From Tubulanus polymorphus (Eukaryota; Animalia; Nemertea), in NCBI RefSeq assembly GCF_964204645.1, contig NC_134035.1, forward strand, positions 5,704,001 through 5,768,000: a stretch of DNA of 64,000 bases. Reading direction: 5' to 3'. Of the stretch, positions 45,901 through 58,533 are shown in pieces. Within the stretch, counting starts at the first letter, position 1; each line of letters opens with the position of its first letter. The notes under the pieces were generated by a model, which ran no database searches, was not told the DNA's origin, and was given only the letters and a program-made list of their open reading frames with translations. Both the position numbers and the translations under genes were made by a program.

Positions 45901-47587
45901 ATTATGGTTGAGCCAATTTTAAGTCGGATCTAACGGGTGACAAAATCTGACTAAATCACTAATTGCTGCTACCGGTTTAATCATTGTCAGTGGGTTATTC
46001 AGGGTCCCTAAGATTCTTTGAAACTCCTTCTCGACAGAAAATGTTTTTCAAGGACTTTGAGCAAAATGCCCATAAGTCCTTGAAAACTCCTTGAATTTTG
46101 AGAAATTGACAATTTGAAACTTATTAGGTTTTGGGCCTAGTTAGTAATCTCATTGCTTACATACAGATTCCATTGAATTAGATAGTTTACCGAGATGAGC
46201 GGTACCGATTTGAAGGTGGAGTCTATTGTAATAGGGATATGATAGTGATGCAGACACTCCTCGAAATTTGAAATTTTCTCCTTTACAAGTCCTTGAATTC
46301 TGGAATGACCGATCTGTAGGGACCCTGATATTGTTATTGACATGAATGTGCGTGACCCTGTTCGCTGCGTCGGTGACAGTAAGAAAGTCTGATCTGTAGC
46401 ACTCGAAACAAATCAAACCATCAGACTTGATCGATAATCTAAAGATTATCTAATGCGACATAATTCAAATGAATGGATACCGTACGTTTTGCCCATGAAC
46501 CTAAAGGACTTATCCAAAAACCTAACTTATTTGTACGACTTCGCGACTATGTATCGTTGAATTACGAGACCCGAGAATCCAACGTATGCGACTTACTACA
46601 ACAACCAATTCCTAAATTCGGCGTTTTCATTTCATCTCTTCTTTGTTTCCAGAAAAGACTCGAAAGATTTGGGCGATAACTGGAAAAAGGGCGTCCCGAT
46701 TGCCGTTATAACTAACGCGTACGTTCCGGTAAAACGGAAGATCGCAAAGAAATACGGCGGCTCGGTAACGTTACGTATGGCTAAAGGAAAAGCTGTAAGT
46801 GGATCATCGTTTAAGTTAGACAAATGTTTTTCAGAAATTTGACTCTTCAACTTTACCTAACTAATCAACAATCGTTATTTCCAGGGCCCGGTTGTAACTG
46901 ACTGCGGTAATTTCGTGCTCGATTGGATTTTCGAGAAGAATTTCGATTGGACGAAAATTCACTCCGAACTGAAGATGATTCCAGGTACCGTACAATATAT
47001 AGGTTACAGTTACACGTGACATGCGCATGTAACCTATATTGTATACAAGTACATTCATTGTTTCGGTTTTTAGGAGTTGTCTTTAGTCTATATACAGGTC
47101 ACCGTTACGTGGGCCATCAGCGTTCTCCATATCACGGCTGCTGAAGCAGCAAGTTTTTCGCTCCCCCCCCCCCAAAAAAAAAAATAAAATATAAACTTAG
47201 CTTAATTTTGGTGTAATCTTCTATATTTCACAGTAGCTCAATATATTTCAAAGCAATTATCAGCATTGATAGAATATTAACATCTGTTCTGATAGGGACA
47301 GCAGATATTATGTAAGGGGTGGCTGATTTTCAGAGGGGGATACATGTAAAAATGTAAGGTTTGTCCCCTCCCCTCTGAAACCTTTCATGGAGAACACTAG
47401 GACATGCGCTGGCAACCTATACTATCTATGAGTACATGAAGAGTTTTTATTTCGGTTTCTAGGAGTTGTTGAAACTGGTTTGTTCGTGAATATGGCTGAG
47501 AAGGCATATTTCGGTATGAAAGACGGATCAGTGAAAACGCGCACGACAACAACGCACGCAATGAACGGAGTTAATGGTGAAAAATAA
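42940..47587 (+). CDS. RPIA: Ribose-5-phosphate isomerase A (247 aa from ATG 43069; 290 aa from ATG 42940)
   Basis: Exons (42940/43069)-43134, 45106-45166, 45259-45314, 45530-45589, 45677-45810, 46653-46794, 46885-46984 and 47463-47587. Motifs [40 protein letters not shown] and [10 protein letters not shown]. Confidence 0.96.
43140..44580. mobile_element. 1441-bp non-autonomous TIR transposon in RPIA intron 1, 5-bp TSD GTTAG
   Basis: TIR CAGTCAGGAACACTTTCCAAAAACGGCTTATTCTGCC... perfect for >60 bp and similar for ~100 bp. GTTAG at 43135-39 and 44581-85. Confidence 0.93.
45335..45486 (+). repeat. ~26-bp minisatellite (ATGAGCCAGGTCAATGAGACTGGTCG) x ~5-6 in RPIA intron 3
   Basis: Directly visible. 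Confidence 0.85.
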
Positions 47588-48797
47588 TCCAGTTTTCCCG
47601 CAGTCTGTCAGTTCTAGTATTACGTAGACTATTTTTTTCAGGGATTTATTTCACTCCGATTTTCTGTTTATGAACATCATTTGATATTCGTACAGTAGAC
47701 CTCGCTGTTTTTGTCGATATAGAGGCGTTGCATGCGACGTGGTAGTTTGTAAGCCAACTAACGATTGAAGATATGCCACTGTATGTACAATAAAAAGAAT
47801 AATCAGGGATTTTTGAATTTTCAGCATCTGTCGCATTATTGTGTTTGCCAACCAATATACATGGCATAGTTACTTGGAAAAAGCATATCACTACAAGACC
47901 GACCTCTATACATGTACATACGAATGTCTGTAAAATGCAACGTTTAATCATGGACTTCGACCATTTCGAGTCCATGCTTTAATCAATGGTCCCAGATGAT
48001 CCCCACATGAAGCAGAGTCTACTGTATCTAATAGTTTTGGCAGTAATCCATATCAAAATATCATCTAGTAATCGATATTTATATATTCGCTAAAGCGAAT
48101 TAAATGTATTTCTCTCTTAAGATTTGTGCAATTTAAACATTCCACAGATGAGTGTTTTACCTGAGCAGAATCGGTACCAGTATAGAATGAAGTTTGCAAT
48201 TTGACGAACATTTTTTAACACTGATTGTGTTCATGAACGACAGTAAATCTCTCCACAAACTGGCACCAACAAAAATGGCTCGAAATAAGGAATGGAAGGG
48301 TATGCTAGGAAGTCGGAAAGTAATTTAGTTTTGTTCCCAGAAAGTCTAGAATTCCGAGTTGTTGGCCGTGTTTGGATAGGGGTTATTCATTTATTACGTA
48401 CGCATTAGGGGAGGGGGAGGGTCAGTGCAATTGCGTACTGTAATGCTTGATTTATATGAAAAAATGGCCGATTTTGTGTACAGAGGGGGAGGGGGGTTGA
48501 AAAATTCAAATTTTATGCATACGTAATAAATGAATGATCCAATAAGTTGAGGTTTACGGAACCAGTAGTTTTGTGGTTGGATTATGAAAACGTTTTTTAT
48601 GAAAATAGATATGAAAGAGATGATTATTTTTGAATGAGTAATAAATTGTTGATAATTCGGTGTGAATTCAATGAGGTAAAACTTCTGTTTAAAAGATTCA
48701 ATGCATTTACTACTACTGTGGTTATTGTGTAAATAAAATGATTTCATATCGCAGTGCCAAATTTAGTCTGTTTCGTACTTATAGTTATAGTCGTAGA

Positions 48798-49005
48798 GAT
48801 ATGAGGATGTCTGAACCAGTACAGAGCTATTTCATATAGATACATGTATGAGTATTTCTGACCAAGGACAATTTCATGAGGATGTCTGATTGAACCAGGA
48901 TGACGGCTATTTCATATAGATTGATATCTAGGATGTCTGACCCAAGACAGAGCTATTTCATATAGACAAGAGGATGTCTGAACCAGGAGAGAGCTATATA
49001 GAGGG
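48798..49005 (+). repeat. ~40-bp degenerate minisatellite (GAGGATGTCTGAACCAG...GCTATTTCATATAGA)
   Basis: 4-5 imperfect units upstream of the WAP-like gene. Confidence 0.75.
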
Positions 49006-49090
49006 GTCTGAGGACATTTGACCCATCGTGCTATTTCTCTGGCCTATGGATACAGAGGTTTGTGATCGCATATCAGGCCAGGGCAGACCT

Positions 49091-49219
49091 GGCCCCAGTT
49101 GCTCAAAAGTTGGTTAGAGTTAACCAGTGGATAGTTGACATAGTGATAATTGAAATTGCATTGTTACTATGGTATCTATCCGCCGGTTTTCTTTAACCAA
49201 CTTTTGAGCAACTGGCCCC
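49091..49219. mobile_element. Palindromic MITE (CCAGTTGCTCAAAAGTTGGTTA termini); sister copy at 37683-37812
   Basis: 22-bp perfect inverted termini. Confidence 0.8.
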
Positions 49220-49419
49220 TGGACCATAGATAAGGGGTTGCCAAGTAAATTAAAATGAAAATTGGAAACGATCCAATGTTTGAACGTGGGAGGGAACTGG
49301 AAGTTCGCAAATCGATAAACTGAACGTAAACAAGATGACAAGCGCATTTTAACCGATACGAAATTCAATTTTATCTCAACCAATGCAATTATTTGATAAG
49401 TAAACCATTACGCGGACTG

Positions 49420-49428
49420 TATATAAAG
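49420..49428 (+). promoter_or_regulatory. Probable TATA box of the small secreted-peptide gene
   Basis: TATATAAAG about 25-30 nt upstream of an Inr-like CCAGTT/TCATT and 66 nt upstream of ATG 49486. Confidence 0.5.
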
Positions 49429-49485
49429 AAACTGTTTTGATTCCCAGTTATTCATTGCAAAAACAAAGACAGAACTATCATCAAA

Positions 49486-50472
49486 ATGAACAAAACAATT
49501 ATATGTGTGTGTATTTTCTTTGCGGTAAGTCGAAATTTACTTTTTTGAGAGTTTTAAATTCTAAATTTCTATATCAACCTTGATGATGATTAGGTTTTCG
49601 TGAATATGCACGTTTCTTTTTCCACGAGCTATATCGAAACTCTGTGGTTGTTTTTGTTAGTCATTATTATTTCGGAAAGTCGACTCTCGTTTCAGATTGT
49701 GGCTGCTATCGACGCTGCCAGACTTACAACCAATCCGTGCAAGGTACGCTTTCGAAACGAAAAAATCTGGCCGAATTTTGATTCGTTGGAAATGCCACCT
49801 TTGACCCGAGGAAGAGAACTGATCCACGTACAAGACCCTCAGTCATGTCGCGCACAATTACGACCGAAATATTAATTGATAACGTTGATCTTGTGATGGA
49901 TTTAACAAGAACCATGATTTTCTAAGACTCCCTGGTTTTCATTTTCTAAAGATAGATGAACCGGGAATGATATTTCATGTTGTAAGGATAGATGGTTTCT
50001 TTCTGTTTCAGAATGTGAAGTGCCCAGGAAGACAACAATGCGTGTGGCATCGGACAAGTGGCGGAATGCTCACAAAATGTGTGAAAAGTAAGTTCATGAA
50101 GGCGATTCTCTCGCACGAGCTTGATTCCCAGTGATTTTGAGATTCGACTGCATCGATATGAACTTCATGCTTCTAGCCTCAAGTTAACCGCTGGGTTGAT
50201 TCACATTTTCACAAGATGATGAACTCCTAAATCCATAAACGAGTAACCTCTCGAAATTAGGCATGACTGAGTAGTTTATAATGATGCTTCATCTGTCTGT
50301 AGTGCCAAAGGCTGGTTTTTGCGATGCCAGTGAAGTTGTCAGCCCAGATATACAGCTGGATAGGCGAGCGACGGTCGGTTGCAGAGACGACGATGACTGC
50401 AGTGGCGCTACAATGAAATGTTGCCCGAATGGACGCGGTGGATTCAGTTGTAAGCCGGCCATCTTCGATTAG
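49486..50472 (+). CDS. 110-aa secreted cysteine-rich peptide: signal peptide + follistatin-N-terminal-like (FOLN) module + WAP-like domain with 6 Cys
   Basis: Exons 49486-49524, 49696-49743, 50012-50087 and 50303-50472 join in frame. Product: MNKTIICVCIFFAIVAAIDAARLTTNPCKNVKCPGRQQCVWHRTSGGMLTKCVKMPKAGFCDASEVVSPDIQLDRRATVGCRDDDDCSGATMKCCPNGRGGFSCKPAIFD*. AATAAA at 50480 and 50534. Confidence 0.88.
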
Positions 50473-52651
50473 TTTGAATAATAAATTTACCCACAATCTT
50501 GTGTTCTATATTTTTTCATTGCGTACGGTCTCTAATAAAATGAAAATGTATATCTGAAATTGTTGTCACGGATATTTCAATAGCATTGATCTCCACCAAA
50601 GTGGACCACTTTCGAGATAGGCCCTCTCGTGTGATCTCGGGGTTCCCTCAACGCCCAGCCCAGATTCGAACCAGACCGTTGGTCGAGAACTTTAAATTCG
50701 GATGCAGAGCTTGTGAAAATATCCGATATCCGAGGCAGTTCCCAAACCCCAACGGATTTCCTTCGGTGTAAATCCGGCCGTCCTTATTTTACTCACGTGT
50801 ATCCGACCTACGGCCTGTCTTCCCAGAAATATATTTGGCTATACGTATTCAAAATGACCATACTTGAGTTAGTCTCTGAATACCAGTCGTTGTTACGGGT
50901 TGTTCGAGGAGCAACGGCTAGAGTTACTGGCTAGAGTTACTGGACTATAATTGAGTGAACGAATCTGGTGACCGGAATTTCATCACCGGCAGGGAGGACA
51001 CTGTTCAGACCAGGATTGCCCACGAGACGGTCAGAACAGTTCGCTTCTTGTAGGCCTACCGGTAGCATTTTTGCAGTTTCTTTACGTTGCAGCAGCCAAC
51101 ACGCGGACGGAAGGAATCATCTTACCTATTTTGAATTTACCGCGCACGAGCTGTTGTAGCGGAAATTCATTTGATGATGTCATAGGCGCCAAATTTAAAT
51201 CACCTTCCTGCTCTTTGATAGCAGTTCGGGCCCGTGTGCACCGGGCTTTGGGGCCGGATTTGAATCTCCTATTATCGCGCCATAGATAGCGTCTAATGTT
51301 TTATCGCCATAGCTTCTAAAGTTTTATCGCCATAGATAGCATCAATAATTCAATTTCCTTATCCTTTATTCCCATTTTATAACCTGCTAATAAGACCTAA
51401 ATGAGGTATGTACTACAAATATTTAGCAACATCGCGAAAAAACAGGTCTCATACATTAATAAATCATAGACATTTCCTGCGTTGCGGTACCAACCGCTCG
51501 CGTCCGGTCGAGTTGTGTTCGTTGGGGGACTATGTTAAACTATTCCGCGGAACCAGGCCAGTACTGAGCGGCAGTATATTGTCTGGCGCAGCCGTTGTGT
51601 TGAAAATCTGGCCCGGAGAGCCAGTCGGTTACTTAGTCAGTAACCTGACTGTGGTTTAGTTTCACGATCGGATATTTTCACAAACCATGTATAAGTTCAT
51701 CCGATTATAAAAAGCTTTCTACCAACGATTAGGTAACTAGGTCTTGATTGACTTTTGTCGATATGACAATGGCAATGTCATTGAATTTATAGGCCTATTA
51801 AATTGTCTGAAACGACAGTCATTGACAGTTTGTATTGATTTGCATCTATGATTTACACTAATTCAACCGTGTTTCGGTTCTTGTCATCCCTAACGTTGGT
51901 ATAAGCCCATCCGATTATAAAAAGCTTACCACCAACGATTAGGTAACTAACTATCGGTTACTGTGCCCGGCCTATTCGGTTACACTGTTCGGCTCAATGA
52001 GTAAAATTAGGGGTTCGACTACATGCACATAAATGCTAACTGCGGTAAGTGAATATAAATGCGTTGATATTCGGAAATTCAAGGTCGTCGAGCGTTGTTG
52101 CGCAATTACATTACATTTTTGACATTTCATTTCGGAAGGGGTAATAATCAACATCAAAGCAGTAAGTGATGAAGGGATTAGTTGATTTAATTATGTTTCT
52201 TCATTGATAGAAGCTATGATGATCTCATATAAAAAGTTGACGATCTTATCTTAACCCAGTTCAATCGCTGTTTTGGTGTACGGTAAAATAGCGGAAATAA
52301 ATAAATATACTCTCTGCCGTATACGGTAAAATATCCACTGCCTAGTTTATTAGTACAACCTAGTCGGTTGTTCCCCAAAACAAATAGGGTTGTAATTGTA
52401 GGGGAGCCCGTAATAACGACTAGGATGATCCAGATGCAAGATAACAAAGATCTTGAAGTTGTACTTTAGGATCTTGCCAAGTAAAGGCACTTGCCACTTA
52501 CAAGTATATGATAGAAAATCATTAGATTGTGTACATAAAAATGCTTTCAAGTAATATATAAGGGGCTTTCAAATTTTTTAGGCCTTAACAGATGTCTCAT
52601 AAAACCTGTGGTAATTTGCTCCTGATGACAATGTTTTTTCATTTTAGAACG

Positions 52652-54099
52652 ATGCCCAGGTCAAAGACCGTGCAATGTCTGTCAGAAATCTGTATCAGCA
52701 ACATCGCCGCCAATATGGATAGTTATTGGTGTAAAGATTATGCTGCACATATCCAACGAGATCAACTGAAATATCGCTATATAATTGGACCGTTTGAACA
52801 CATATGTAATATTTGTAAGCATTATCATCACAGTTATCACTTGTCCATCAACCAGGATAAGACCATCCATCCCACAGGGTATTGCGGTCCTTGAAGGTCC
52901 TCAAAAGTTTTGAAATGGGAATGGGTTAATTCAAGGCCTTGAGTATCATGGAATGGGCTCTGAAATCATTAAATCATTGTCATAGGTCCTTTAATTTCAT
53001 CAATCATTAGTTATCATTGGTAGATCCAAGATAGGCTACAAGTTCAATGTTAGATTAAAAACTAGAAAATGTAGATTTCAAGATTCCTGGCTAAAACATG
53101 ATGATTATATTTAAGTCCTTGCATGTCAAGTTAAAAAACTCTTTGAAAGTCATTGAATGAGATTGGTCATAGACATTATGAACCCTGCATCTCACAACTG
53201 GAAATTACTCACAAGGTGGCCAAAATTACCCCTCCAATAAATGGCAAAATTTGCCAGTCGTGACTTAAGTCCAAAAGTGGTATTAAATCTTAAGACTGGT
53301 CTTAAGTTGTTAGATTTGCAATAGAACTTAATTGATCTTAGACTAGCCTTAAGTCTAAGCCATGACTATGCAACTGGCCCCAGGTGATTTGACTAACCCT
53401 GTAATTGGTTTTTTGTGAAATATTTGTTTTTAACTGTTTTCTTTGTTATTATTCAATTTCAGCTGGGAAATATTTACAACGGATACTTTACAAACTCATT
53501 GAGAAAAAACAGCTTAGAACGTATCACGTAGATTTATTGATTTGTTCTGGTTTGAATGAACTTGAATTTGAATTCGGGAGACGGTGTCCTAATCAGGAAT
53601 ATATTGTGAATCGCATTGCCTACCAATGCCACGTAAGTAACACGCAACTCACGGCACCCTCTTGGCAAGCGCTTTTACCCTAATTTCACAAGAACACTCT
53701 TGACGACAAAGTGCAACAACTTTTCATCATTCTTTAAAAAAGACCAATTGTAGACCAATTTATAACCAATCAAAAAAAATTTTCAGTAAAAGTGTCAGCG
53801 CCTTTTACTCGCAATAACTTGCCTCACTCACTGCTGGTCATTGGATCGGTATCCCCTTGAATTTTGTATTTGTACAGTAGAACTCGTTTAATTCGGATGA
53901 CTAGGTACTGCCCCGATTTCTTCGAATTAGATAAACATCTGAATGATGAATAACTCAGTGTAAACGGTTCCAGGTTAAATGGACCAAATATTTCATCTGA
54001 ATTAAGTGAAATCCAGAATGAAAAATCTGATTTCTAGCAAGTTCTATTATTGTATTACTATTGTACAACTACCATAATTGAAAATGATAAATTTATGCA

Positions 54100-54149
<50 letters not shown>

Positions 54150-55353
54150 TAAGAGACATAATCTTTTTCAGTTTATGAATCGACTGAAATTGCATGCTTT
54201 CGACCAAGTGAAATTGAAAACGTTGGTTTATTTGGTGTCTTCGCTCAATCGACTCACTCATCTGGACCTCAGTTTCACGAAAGCTTCCGACACGGTCGTT
54301 GAAGCGATCGGTCGCAACTGTCGGAGTATCCGCGTTTTAAAACTCCACTCCTGCCCCGTTACGGACATAGGATTACGCAGTTTGTACTCGACGTCGGACG
54401 GACAGCCGAACGAAACGTGCGCGAACCTAGAAGTGTTAGACGTACGTGAAACGCGAACGCACGCGGAAACCGTGGCTGCCTTGTTGCAGTCTTTAAACAA
54501 CATGCAGTATTTATACCACGACGAGTTAAGCGAAGCGATATGGATTAGTTTAACCGGCGCGTCTCCGGCCGGCTTAAACAAATTACGATTTTTTAACATG
54601 CGCGTCAAATTCGCGGAAGACGTTCCGTCGTTGTTATTGGATCGTATACGAACTTCGTGTTCGAATCTTTGCGAGTATCAACAAATCGGGAAATTAGAAA
54701 ACGGTAATCTAGAATTTCTGAACGGACTGCCGATTCGAGCTTTGAATATGATCTCCGGCACGAACTTCAACGGCGAGCCGATGATTGACTTCGCGCACGA
54801 TATTTCGACATTTTTAACGCGGCCGAACGCGATACGCGTTCTCGAATTTTTGGACGTCGTCGGCGTCGACGTCGGTTTACTGGCGAAATTCTGCCCGTGC
54901 CTCGAGCAGCTGCATCTGGAATACATTTATCACCTCGAAGAATGCGAGATCGGCGACGCGAATGGATTACTGAACGAACATTCGTTCGATAAATTGAAAG
55001 AACTGTCGTTGCGTTTCTATTCGGGTCGAGTCGTCATGAGCGACGACACGCTCGGTCGTCTGTTCGTCGCTTCTCGTAATCTGACTAGTTTAAATCTCGA
55101 AGAAGTCGACGCTTTCAACGACGACGTCATGAAAACCGTTCGGGAAACGAATTCGTTGAAACGCGTCGAGAATTTGATTCTGATTCACTGTAACGTGGTA
55201 TCGGGCGGCGCGTTATTGCCTCTCGTTCACGGCGATAACGAGTTACGTCATCTGGACTTGATGGATTGCTGGAACGTGACGAAAGCCGATTCCATCGCGA
55301 TGAACGAGTTTATAGAAAGTAAGAATTTCGACCTTGAAGTCGAATGGAGTTAG
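52652..55353 (+). CDS. Leucine-rich-repeat (RNI/AMN1-like) protein with N-terminal BC-box-like motif, ~501 aa
   Basis: Exons 52652-52805 (or 52814), 53463-53632 and 54172-55353. N-terminus MPRSKTVQCLSEICISNI. Cys-containing LRRs such as LTHLDLSFT, IRVLKLHSCPVTDIGL, CPCLEQLHL and LRHLDLMDCWNVT. Confidence 0.85.
52875..53187. mobile_element. hAT-like non-autonomous element (CAGGGT...ACCCTG) with AGTCCTTGAA-type subterminal repeats
   Basis: Termini visible; flanks catccca/catctca. A similar degraded element lies at ~46000-46327. Confidence 0.55.
54102..54149. repeat. (ATT)16 microsatellite
   Basis: Ends 22 nt upstream of the acceptor of the large LRR exon. Confidence 0.95.
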
Positions 55354-56730
55354 CGACGTTTATGAAATATTAACGTTAACACGTTAGCTGCCTCTCTGTG
55401 ATAATACGGTGCTACCCCCAGTTACTATTAGTAATCTCTTATCTTGTATTAGAGCTATTACGAAGTCACCCTTTCATCAAAATGAGACTGAAGCACCCCC
55501 GCCTACCGCCAGGTTTTCTCAATATACATCTCTATACAAATGCATAGTTAAACACCCGCGATATACCGCCATGCTCTCTATACCGCCAAAATCGTTCTGC
55601 ACTGATGTGGGCGGTATGTCGGGGTTGACTGTAATGTTCATGGTGCTGGTGTTAGATACCTATACATGCATTGTTCCTTATAACAGTACACAATTACTTA
55701 TATCATTCGAAGAAGCTGATTGAAAGTGGCAAACCTTGATAAATATCGCAAAATTTGTAACTACAAATGTGTATGTCTTTGTTTTAGCTCTGCTTTGTTA
55801 ACAGTATAATGTGATTGTATTTTAACATTTAAAATATATATGTTGTGTAAGCTCAATCAATATCTTCTGTATCGTGGACACAGGCCAGTGAAATAACAAT
55901 TCATCGATGGTGTCGACATATTCTCATTCACTAGGGGTACAAAAATTTCTGGACCCTAACCTCTACTTTTAGCCCACCTGGGATGTAACTGGGTACCTTG
56001 CTCTTCCAGGGGCGGATTTAGGGGGTGGTCTCATCCTTTCGGAAATAACATTTTTAAATGTATTTCTTCAAAACTATCTTATACTGTGGAGGGACCTTGG
56101 TGGCCTATGATATAACTGCTTTTATCTGAAAAAAGCCTCTTCTCCTGGACCCCTGCCTTCCAAATTTCCTAGATCCGCCCCCGTCTCCATCAGTTTATTT
56201 GTCAGCCGAGACAAAATCAAGTTATTTTGGTGTATATTATAAATTGACAATTGTGAGTTTCTAGCCCATGACATTCAGAACGCGTTAACTATAAAATATC
56301 AGATTAATATGTAAGCCTCCTGAATCCATAGTTGAAAAATTCATGCAGAAAAAACCCTCTCATTTAAGGAATAAACATAAGGATAACTTAGCTGAACTCA
56401 TGACCTACCGCAATGATAATTCCATCAAATAACGAAAATCTTATAAAGACAAAAATTATGTTCAGAATATAATTTATTGGTCTACAATAATTTACAGACT
56501 ATTTTCGAACTCGTTCCTGGGGAGGAAACAATCATATCAATTATTATTCTTTTCTTTCGTAATAAAATCGCATAAAATTAATTTTGACACGTATAAAAAT
56601 AGGGTCAAAGTTTACAAACATTCCAGCTTCGAATGAACAAAAAATTAGAACCGAGACGTGACTATTTCTACAAGTTTGTTCGAGAAGACATCAGGTCCCA
56701 TAACTCAAGTCAGTTTTAGTGGTATATATA

Positions 56731-56890
56731 CAGTATAACTCGCTTAATTCCGATCGGTTTTATTCGGATTTTCGGACTAACATTCAAGTCCACTCTAGGT
56801 TAATTCTATTCAAATGAGAGCGCATTATTTGGATTTCGTTTAATTCGGACAAAATTTCCCAGTGTGATCCAAATTAAGCGAGTTCTACTG
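56731..56890. mobile_element. Intact Tc1/pogo-like MITE with TA TSD
   Basis: ta|CAGTATAACTCGCTTAATT...AATTAAGCGAGTTCTACTG|ta. Confidence 0.8.
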
Positions 56891-58234
56891 TATAATATAC
56901 CAAGTACATTGTCCGTTGAAACATGCATATCAGGCATGTACTACCAAAATTGACTGGTTGTGCCACCTGAAATCCGCTCAAAACAAAAAGAAATCGAAAC
57001 AGACATTATTAGCAGAACATCTCTAGACCTATAGTTATTTCATTCATGGAAAGAAAACACCGGAAAAATAACACATGTAACACTAGAATTAAATAGCGTA
57101 CTGCTGCTGCGTGGAGAGGGGTGAACTAAAAATAATTTCTCCAATATACAATATATATATATATATATATATTTATAGGCTATTGTCTGATATTTTCAAA
57201 AAATATACGGGTCAAATTCAGACCCAGAGTGGAAAATACCTTCTCTCTATTAGGCCTAGTAGTTTTAGTAACCAGACAATGTTAATTGTACCGCTACAAT
57301 GGCAAAAACATACACGCGCTACATTATTTTCCACGGGTAATCTCAGTCGGGCAGTTCAAATCAGGGCGATGCACATTTTTAGGCCTATACTACGCGCAGT
57401 AGTTTTCACGTAATATCTCTACGGACATGTCCTTCTTCATTTATTCAGTAAACATTTCGAGATTTTTTGGTGAAATTAGACCCAGGTTCATCAATTTGGG
57501 AACAGCAATAGAAGATAAACCTTATCGGGTCGTAGTTCTCTTATTCCCTGTTCCTAATTCAACTGTCGAGAGTTTCATTTGATACCGAGTTAAGATTTGG
57601 TCGCTTCGAATGTTTTTTTAAGGTCATCAATCAAAAATTAACGTATCATTATCAATTGATCTGCGCCAAGTCAATATTGATAAAATCGAGGATAGTCGTG
57701 GAGGAACCGAGTAAACCTGGTGTCAGATCGTAAAATGAATAGTTCAGTGTAGGATTTTATTCAAAAAGATACAACCTTTCTACTAGTGAATAGTGTAGAA
57801 GCTTCATCAGGTAAATGAGTGATTCACGCGATGAAGTTACCGCACGCTACTGTGGAACCTCGTTACAGCGAACTTCACCGGACTAGAAAATCAAGTTCGT
57901 TAAAACCGATAGTTCGTTATTTCCAGTATGAAATTAATCGAATCCAGTCTTACTCGGGACAAAATTCTATATTTGTCGTATCTGATGAATTGTTGTAACA
58001 AGGTTCCGCTGCAGTCAGTAGAGAAACCTCGTACCTTTAGTAAAATCTAGTTAACCTACAAAGTTATACTTGTTTCTACGTTTACCGAATTGGCAAGATT
58101 GCGCATTTTTCCTGGTGGACCACCTACCCTACCTACACGTCATGGGTAATTTCATTGGTAAACTGGAAGAATGATTATGAAGTATCCGATGTCTGAGGGG
58201 GGATGTGAGATTCTTATCGATGCTATACATCGTA

Positions 58235-58533
58235 CATGGTTCCCACAGTTCCAAAAATTCCCAGGTTTTCCCCAAGTATTTCATGGGTGATTTTTCAATT
58301 TTCCCAAATGGATATGCGAATAGACCATCATAATAGTCAACATTTTAGTGGTAACTGGTTGATAACTGGTGATTCTCAAGGGGAATTGCTGAAGAAAGTC
58401 ACCCTTGGCAATGCACAATACATGAAATGTAAATGAATTTCCAAAATATTTTCCTAATTTGAGGAAAATTTCTAAAATTCCCAAATATTTCCAAACTAAG
58501 TTTTCCCAATTTCCCTGTTCTGTGGGAACCATG
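58235..58533. mobile_element. Inverted sister copy of the 30568-30896 element; 6-bp TSD ATCGTA/ATTGTA
   Basis: TIR CATGGTTCCCACAG; body matches the reverse complement of 30568-30896. Confidence 0.85.

Noticed and set aside
50940-51185. Possible two-exon minus-strand micro-ORF (MTSSNEF...IVQ*)
   Set aside because: Weak acceptor, no recognisable motif; cannot be supported without transcripts.
54258-54926. Minus-strand ORFs of 116 and 82 aa
   Set aside because: Antisense shadows of the large LRR exon.
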